64,000 nt of DNA from an uncultured virus (IMG/VR IMGVR_UViG_3300010885_064105) (Duplodnaviria; Heunggongvirae; Uroviricota; Caudoviricetes). Location: positions 1 to 64,000 of the IMG/VR virus record IMGVR_UViG_3300010885_064105; one strand, written 5' to 3'. Positions 58,701 through 64,000 of the stretch are shown here, piece by piece. The first letter of the stretch is position 1; each line of letters begins with the position of its first letter. The translations under genes were made by a program, and so were the position numbers. The notes under the pieces are model-generated. The model searched no databases. It was given only the letters and a program-made list of their open reading frames with translations, and was not told the DNA's origin.

Positions 58701-60133
58701 TTTATATATGCGCCAGTTTGATTGTTGAGAATACCTATAATAATATTATTATTACTATTAGATCCTGCTGAATTAGTATTGCCAAGGAATACTGTATTAT
58801 TTATTGAACCACTAGCATTGTTCTGGTTTCCAACCAATAAAGAATTAGTTATGTCTTTTATAATATTATTTTGACCAACTAATAAAAGCTTGTCTGGTAC
58901 CCCTCCACTATTTATGGTATTATTAATACCAAGTAATATGCTATCAGACAGTCCTTGTTGATTAGGATTATTATTGTTGCCGATACCTATAATCATGGAT
59001 CTAACAGCATCGTTGGAACCTATTCTATTGCCTATAAAAATTCCGCTATTAATATTAGATGCTGTTTGATAAGACCCAATACATATTAGATTATTTCCGC
59101 TAACTATATTTTGATTACCATAAGAAAGATTATTATTACCAGTTAAATATACTAATGAACCTATGAGATTATTATTACTGCCAGATACTGAAGTGTCGTT
59201 CCCTATATAAATATTAAAATCGCCAATATTAGAAGCATTAGAGCCCAAAACTATTCCTGAGATTCCAGAAGCGGTTAGCCCTTGAGCCAAGCCAACGGTT
59301 GATGAAATACTAGCATTATTATTACTACCCAATAAAATATTATGCAGTCCTGTGATATTAACAAAATTACCTAATAATGTATTATTAGATCCACTGGTAA
59401 CAATTGAGTTTCCTACGTTTATACCAGAAACTCCAGAAAATACTGAATTATTAGCAAATAGAAATACTCCGTCTCCGTTTACAATATTACTATTGCCAAT
59501 AATTATTCCACTATTAATTTTACCAGTATTGAGAGACCCAATATTATTATATAAAGTTCCACTTAATTCATTATAGTTACCAACAATATTATAAGAAAAA
59601 CCAGAAACAGAATTATTACCCCCTAAAGTAACATTAGCTAAATTAGCTACAAAAACAGGTTTATTTATACCAGTTTGATCAACTGTAAAAATAATTTCCC
59701 CACTTGTTGATCCTGTATTTGGGTCTAAGATTTTAGATAATATTTGACCATAATATATTTCATTATAATTAGTATCTCTACCAGCAAGATTTATAATAGA
59801 TGGATAACTGCCACTTACTGGCTGTGTTTGTGGATTGTGTACCAGTAACAAAGTGACTCCGGTAGGACAGTTAGTAATGCTCTCTATAATTAGGCCATCT
59901 TTTGAGCATGGAGTAACTATGTGTAAGACAGCGTCTGGCAAACCAGTATTAATTCCCAGTCTTCCGGTAGAAGCATCATAAGTGAGACTAGAATTACCAG
60001 TAGAAGATATTTGAAAATCAATATTTTGCTTATTAGCATTAAAAACTGTGCTAATTCCCGATGTTTGTGATAATGTTATATCAGGATTAATGCCGCTACC
60101 AATAACCAAATTATCTGTAATATTATAGCTCAT
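55745..60133 (-). CDS. Tail fibre/adhesin with YadA-like beta-roll repeats
   Basis: Long run of ~14-aa (I/V)-G-x-x-N repeats; RLGINTGLP and RFGINTDRP fibre motifs. Confidence 0.75.
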   Translation of the reverse strand: MSYNITDNLVIGSGINPDITLSQTSGISTVFNANKQNIDFQISSTGNSSLTYDASTGRLGINTGLPDAVLHIVTPCSKDGLIIESITNCPTGVTLLLVHNPQTQPVSGSYPSIINLAGRDTNYNEIYYGQILSKILDPNTGSTSGEIIFTVDQTGINKPVFVANLANVTLGGNNSVSGFSYNIVGNYNELSGTLYNNIGSLNTGKINSGIIIGNSNIVNGDGVFLFANNSVFSGVSGINVGNSIVTSGSNNTLLGNFVNITGLHNILLGSNNNASISSTVGLAQGLTASGISGIVLGSNASNIGDFNIYIGNDTSVSGSNNNLIGSLVYLTGNNNLSYGNQNIVSGNNLICIGSYQTASNINSGIFIGNRIGSNDAVRSMIIGIGNNNNPNQQGLSDSILLGINNTINSGGVPDKLLLVGQNNIIKDITNSLLVGNQNNASGSINNTVFLGNTNSAGSNSNNNIIIGILNNQTGAYINTAGNISGIAKVMNIPLNNSVIAGINNAQYGGLSNNIVGNKNSVSGSNDTVIGSFNDLRHSSKSYSIGNSNYIIGDNIGAAGSNSLIVGKDSLVFNNSDKRMDVFGSGNIVLGYNQLATSGLVVGTNNKIYGLNNTIYGRNNTLGSIAHPFLMNGLSSFSISIPSLNVSNKYTVGDLALISIQSPASTGNTFIREILNITENTIDNTTVVQFSTSIGVDASNGYYSINSNFDDNNSPNNTVVSGLIMPYMVGGGAGGPELNPSYGCNNIIIGSNNKYIYSSGTVIGFNNNVSGVKNVVVGYGISGITDNTLYIGTNNLNKVILDNDLIVFNSGKVQSNFIVKSTDNNTSIVNIDLNNNRFGINTDRPTADLSVSGLTSTSTIRVGFSSPDQYVLTSNVNGYGTWQLPVRLSGLDTGLMVKINNKVGSGISNIYFDPNGESLNFNLDNNNGLIINPTGIFVNDGGNLYTMRIRGSGGDDFAKVLFNTNLGNNRIDFFNVSGNSGVFNNLSLASGLSLPISLTGTFLYVNSSGKLLSYPSRACSVLYASSNSWATGDTSFRWFNNQSTLALGATGIVSYDLLATNTNDTNYNILLSSNNQIDTIFNNRGLGNKFSVINSGALNTRRGLHISPASGQVAINVIPDTFNSVINQAHLYVEGKTWTNSLRIGPGITTSGLYLRVDNAGNVIPSTLDLTTQFSGNYPITTTYTSLGQNNAFRVDIGLQNVDRAGNSLGVNNDGQSLIWDGAKWNLNKGIIAPQSSWLSNDDKTLKGLQFGYKSKVNYTYHTHAFAAGSFLHGSNLYDGSSQFTQHYLRCRTPASGGNIVALTTNFAKDSVTTENQYNTISLSNVNGYNYDNVWTYNIFVSVLWQNGTNSSNPAVGDRQAAGMSIQGCIYRSADGTIFTKLGQEKINIFATGVGVVGMPAGMGVGTYLDNDGQTNVPRLSIRATGVDGKTALWTATAQIHQLNHPAGSVDGSPFGYNLYGSV

Positions 60134-63100
60134 GCTATTGCTCCATCTGTTTGTTTGCTTATGCTACTCATGGCTTTATTAACTTCTCCCACAATCATGT
60201 TTCTAATACCTTCTTGCATACCTTGTAATGCTCCGGCTCCGTTAATGACAACATCAACTTTATGATTTCCTTGAATATTAATAACTTCTGGTAATTTTAG
60301 GCTATTTAGTTGTTGAATAAACTTGCCAAATGTTGCTGTAAACTGACTTAATCCATCAAAATTTAGGCCCATATCTTTATTATTAGATACACCACCGCCT
60401 CCTCCAGAAGTTTCATCGGTCATGCCCCCATTAGCTCTATATATTGGTTTTTTAAGTTGTATTGGCCCTCCAGCTTCTTTATAGACTACATGGCCTCCTT
60501 GATTATATTTCTTACTATTAATTTGTTGTAATAAATCTAAATTATTTTGAGCTGCCTGTTTATTGACTACAAACTCTCCGGGCGTTAACATGGCGGGGAC
60601 AGTATCACTACCCCTTGGTTGATAAGGAATTAGCATTCCATTATTAGCATAAATTATTCCTCCAGAGGCATGGCCAGCAGCATTTTGACGATTGCTATTT
60701 TGGGCTAAAAATTCTGGATGTTTTTGACCTAAAATTTTCCAAGCATTATCTAATACTAAGCCCTGAGCATGTGCTGCTTCAACTTGCTTGGAAAGTATTG
60801 CTAAGGCAGTTTTACCACTTGTGCCAACTATTCTACCTCCTATTGCAGGATATCTACTAAATTGAAATAATGCTTGTTTAGATCTATTATAAATACCTTC
60901 TAAATATTTAAATTGTCTTTGATCTTTTAAGTACATCTCCTTAGCGGCCTTATATACATCTTCTGGAGACAAAGACATAAAATGCTGTTCATAGAATTCT
61001 GATTTTGCTTTCGCATCTTTATCCTCATCAAGAGCTGATCTAACAGAGCCAGGCATAACTAGTTCAAATTTATCTGGATTAGCATTTACTTGTTTTTCTA
61101 GTTCCTCGAAGATTTTTACTAATGGAGATCTATTATTATCTGCCCTAGCGTCTACGTTGGCTCTGTAAGCCTCTTCCCTAGCGTTTAACATTTGATCATA
61201 TGAAGTAGTTTTATTTTTTCTAGCTGTTGCTCTATCTTCACGAGCAGTTTTTTCAGCTGCTCTACGATCTTGGTATGCTTGTTGTCTTTGTTCTAATGTT
61301 TGTTTTGGTGGTCTTGGTGGGGTATATCCACCCCTTGGCCTATAGATAGGATCAATCACTCCTCCATTAGAATATCCCTGGACTCCATTATTTATAGATT
61401 GTAGTAATGATAAATTTTTAGACGTAGCCTTAGCATTAACAACAAATTCTCCTGGTGTTAGCATAGCAGGAACAGTATCGGTGCCGCGAGGCTGATAGTT
61501 TACTAGTGTTCCTTGTGAAGCATAAATTATACCACCTTTATTTTTATTAATAGGCAGCTTTGATGCATCAAATCCATCTTGAGCATAAACAACGCCACCT
61601 CTATTAAATCTCATTGGGATAGGTGTTGTCTCATCATATAATACTTCTGGCGGTCTAGGCATTTGAGCTAAATTAGCTCTTTGTTCTGGAGTTGAGAGAG
61701 TCATAATCTCCTCACGAACAGCTTTTATATAATCTAATTCTTTTTTTGCCCAATCATTTTGAGATTGTAAGACTTGTGTCCCTTGCTTATTTGTCGTATT
61801 AGATATTCCAATGGCTGCTGGGTCAAACTGTGATGTTCCGTCTACAGTTGTTCCATCAAAAATATTTCTTTTTTCGTTATTAGCTTGATTATGGCCTAAG
61901 ACATCTATCGCATTTTGTGTATTATTTACAATTTGTTTTAAATAACTTGTTCTTTCCCAAATTCTATCACTAACTCTCTGAGTTTGTAAGAGTTGTGTGT
62001 TGGTTAGCTGCAAATTAGCATTTGGAACAGCTCCGGGAGGCACTGCTCCTCCAGTTCCATTGATTTCCTCCATTATCTTTTTTGCTTTCGCAAGAACGGT
62101 ATCATCGGCATCTGAACTATAGCTATTTTTATCAAATCTTTTAGGTTCAAAAGCTATTTGATATATTAGCTCGTCTAAGACAATATCACTATCACTTTTG
62201 CGATTATTATTTTCATCTAAGTTTAATTTTTGTTTTCGCCATAAGACTGAGGCTTTTTGTACTGTATCTTTTACCTTATCAAAGTTAGTATTTGCTTGGA
62301 TATCTTCCAAAGCTTTTTCCCTAGACTGAGCATTAACCAACATAATATCAGAAGGATAAATATCCATTAAATTATCTATAGGCATGCCAAATTTATCCAT
62401 AGGCTTCCCATCACCATTAACACCTATCCAAGAATTGCTTTCATTAGTACTTTGTGCTTTGTTTTCCATCCTATTAACATTTTTTCGTCTTAGTAATCCT
62501 ACTAAACCTCCATTAGCAGAATAAATTACCCCTCCTTTGCTTTTATTGATGCTTTGTAATAGTGGTAGATTTTGTCTTGTTGCTTGAGCATTAACAACAA
62601 ATTCTCCCGGAGTCAGCATCGCTGGCACTGTATCGGTACCACGAGGTTGATAGTTGACTAGTGTTCCTTGTGAAGCATATATCATGCCTCCTTTTTGTTT
62701 CGCCTGTATTGGTCTAACATCTCCATCAATAACCTGTAATGATCCCATAGGTGTTGGTATACCAAACCGCGGATCTGTAGCGTATCCAACATTACCCTGA
62801 TGAGCGTCTTTCCATTCGTACCCCTTTTCTCGTAAATATTTTTGCATTTCAGCACCGACATTGCCGGTTTGAAATTGTTTTTGAGCTTCTGGATCAAGCG
62901 TTTGAGTTCTTTGTTGAAAGCCTACAGTATATGGTCCTATATTTTGTCTTCCTGTATATCCTGCTACGCCTGGAACATCGGAAGGTAAAGACAAAGCTTC
63001 TAAATCAGGAGACTTTAAAATATTTTGAACATCACGATTTTGTGTATATCCAAGTTTAAATACTTTTCCATTACCAGCATCAAAAACCATCGATTCTCTA

Positions 63101-64000
63101 CCAGATCCAACAAATTTCATAGAAGATGGATCTATACCAGCATCTCGCAGATATTTGTCTACTTCTTTTAACATTCCGGGTTTTGCATTTCTACCTGCTA
63201 ATAACGAACTGCCAGTATATCCTACCTGCCTATCTGAAAGTAATTTCTGTATATTTCCTTCAGTTACAGAATCTGGTTTCTTTGTCATAAATACTGGCAT
63301 CCGTGGATCTTCATCAGTTTGTTGCTTTACAAAAGGTTTTTTGATATACTCTAAAATTTTACCAAGAATACCTTTGGATGAGGAACTAGATGGTACAGCA
63401 GGCTGTGACACATTGGAGTTTGATGTGGTTCCTCCCAAACTAGATGATAAAGGAGCTAATTGTAGCTTTGGGTTTGATCCAGCATTAGTGGATTCGTTAC
63501 CAAAACTATCCTGATTTGATATTGGCTTAGGTCTAGACATACTGTTTGTAGACGCATTCTGAAGAGCATCTTTTGGCGACGAGACTCTGCGTCTTAAACC
63601 AGCATCAGTAGTAGCATTATCTAAAGTATCTCCAGTCCTAACCATTGGTCTAGTAACATTTGATGTTGTTAAATCATTAAGAGTATTAGGGTTAGAAGCT
63701 CCATAACCAGGAACAGGAATGTTCGGTCTTTGTCCAGTTAGTGGTGTTCGTGATCCTTTTACTCGTTGCATTAATCTAGGCTGCTGATGACCTGCTCCTC
63801 CGGTACCCGCCCAACCTTGCGCAATATTTTCGACCATTTGCCAAGCCATTCCAGCATTTTTATACCATTCAGGTAGATTTTCGTTCAAGCCGTACTCAAT
63901 TACTCTTTGTTGTCTTTCAGTTTCTGATTCTTTTCTTGTTCCAAACCAATAGGGAATGTCTTGAGGTGTCTGTTCCCAAACCTTACTATCGATAGCTCTC
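60130..64000 (-). CDS. Tape-measure-like protein (5' truncated by the window) with a kinase-like domain and repeats
   Basis: Frame is open to the window edge; three GTDTVPAMLTPGEFVVN repeats typical of TMP C-termini; lies upstream of tail genes. Confidence 0.75.
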   Translation of the reverse strand, partial: RAIDSKVWEQTPQDIPYWFGTRKESETERQQRVIEYGLNENLPEWYKNAGMAWQMVENIAQGWAGTGGAGHQQPRLMQRVKGSRTPLTGQRPNIPVPGYGASNPNTLNDLTTSNVTRPMVRTGDTLDNATTDAGLRRRVSSPKDALQNASTNSMSRPKPISNQDSFGNESTNAGSNPKLQLAPLSSSLGGTTSNSNVSQPAVPSSSSSKGILGKILEYIKKPFVKQQTDEDPRMPVFMTKKPDSVTEGNIQKLLSDRQVGYTGSSLLAGRNAKPGMLKEVDKYLRDAGIDPSSMKFVGSGRESMVFDAGNGKVFKLGYTQNRDVQNILKSPDLEALSLPSDVPGVAGYTGRQNIGPYTVGFQQRTQTLDPEAQKQFQTGNVGAEMQKYLREKGYEWKDAHQGNVGYATDPRFGIPTPMGSLQVIDGDVRPIQAKQKGGMIYASQGTLVNYQPRGTDTVPAMLTPGEFVVNAQATRQNLPLLQSINKSKGGVIYSANGGLVGLLRRKNVNRMENKAQSTNESNSWIGVNGDGKPMDKFGMPIDNLMDIYPSDIMLVNAQSREKALEDIQANTNFDKVKDTVQKASVLWRKQKLNLDENNNRKSDSDIVLDELIYQIAFEPKRFDKNSYSSDADDTVLAKAKKIMEEINGTGGAVPPGAVPNANLQLTNTQLLQTQRVSDRIWERTSYLKQIVNNTQNAIDVLGHNQANNEKRNIFDGTTVDGTSQFDPAAIGISNTTNKQGTQVLQSQNDWAKKELDYIKAVREEIMTLSTPEQRANLAQMPRPPEVLYDETTPIPMRFNRGGVVYAQDGFDASKLPINKNKGGIIYASQGTLVNYQPRGTDTVPAMLTPGEFVVNAKATSKNLSLLQSINNGVQGYSNGGVIDPIYRPRGGYTPPRPPKQTLEQRQQAYQDRRAAEKTAREDRATARKNKTTSYDQMLNAREEAYRANVDARADNNRSPLVKIFEELEKQVNANPDKFELVMPGSVRSALDEDKDAKAKSEFYEQHFMSLSPEDVYKAAKEMYLKDQRQFKYLEGIYNRSKQALFQFSRYPAIGGRIVGTSGKTALAILSKQVEAAHAQGLVLDNAWKILGQKHPEFLAQNSNRQNAAGHASGGIIYANNGMLIPYQPRGSDTVPAMLTPGEFVVNKQAAQNNLDLLQQINSKKYNQGGHVVYKEAGGPIQLKKPIYRANGGMTDETSGGGGGVSNNKDMGLNFDGLSQFTATFGKFIQQLNSLKLPEVINIQGNHKVDVVINGAGALQGMQEGIRNMIVGEVNKAMSSISKQTDGAIA
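60515..60664 (-). repeat. TMP repeat copy 3
   Basis: GGIIYANNGMLIPYQPRGSDTVPAMLTPGEFVVNKQAAQNNLDLLQQIN. Confidence 0.85.
61390..61536 (-). repeat. TMP repeat copy 2
   Basis: GGIIYASQGTLVNYQPRGTDTVPAMLTPGEFVVNAKATSKNLSLLQSIN. Confidence 0.9.
62543..62692 (-). repeat. TMP repeat copy 1
   Basis: GGMIYASQGTLVNYQPRGTDTVPAMLTPGEFVVNAQATRQNLPLLQSIN; shares actagtgttccttgtgaagcata with copy 2. Confidence 0.9.

Noticed and set aside
60515..62692. TMP repeats as DGR template/variable repeats or CRISPR repeats
   Set aside because: Differences are mostly synonymous and not adenine-specific, no reverse transcriptase is seen, spacing is about 1 kb and all copies are in-frame coding
590..63514. Numerous 60-150 aa ORFs antisense or nested within long genes (e.g. 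590-832, 21158-21511, 30034-30492, 53250-53564, 63155-63514)
   Set aside because: They overlap well-supported genes and have no motifs; typical shadow ORFs
1..64000. Apparently frequent CTAG/TCTAGA and GATC sites
   Set aside because: Impression only; not countable reliably by eye and explainable by codon usage. An observed/expected k-mer analysis would be needed

Overview
AT-rich, densely coding 64 kb segment of a large tailed dsDNA phage genome, read in the standard bacterial code. A Planctomycetota host is a tentative inference. The + strand (1-39366) carries a membrane/secreted-protein cluster with two papain-like paralogues and a 1235-aa Asn/Gly repeat protein. It then carries nucleotide metabolism genes (dCMP deaminase, class Id-like RNR, dUTPase, PhoH, dNMP kinase) and a replication/recombination module (RecA-like, DnaB, DnaG, PD-(D/E)xK exonuclease, DnaE in two genes around a DEDDh exonuclease, SSB). 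Two glycosyltransferase loci are also on this strand. The - strand (39363-64000) is a converging virion tail module ending in a truncated tape-measure-like protein. Most notable: (1) a protein-kinase-like domain inside the tape-measure-like protein, next to three DNA-level repeats; (2) an intein-free DnaE split at the palm/fingers linker; (3) an active papain protease paired with a Cys-to-Gly paralogue; (4) a GGTGTAT motif 45-53 bp upstream of several gene starts; (5) a large glycosyltransferase/nucleotidyltransferase operon. I saw no tRNA, rRNA, CRISPR array, integrase or intein. All family calls come from motif recognition by eye, not from database searches.
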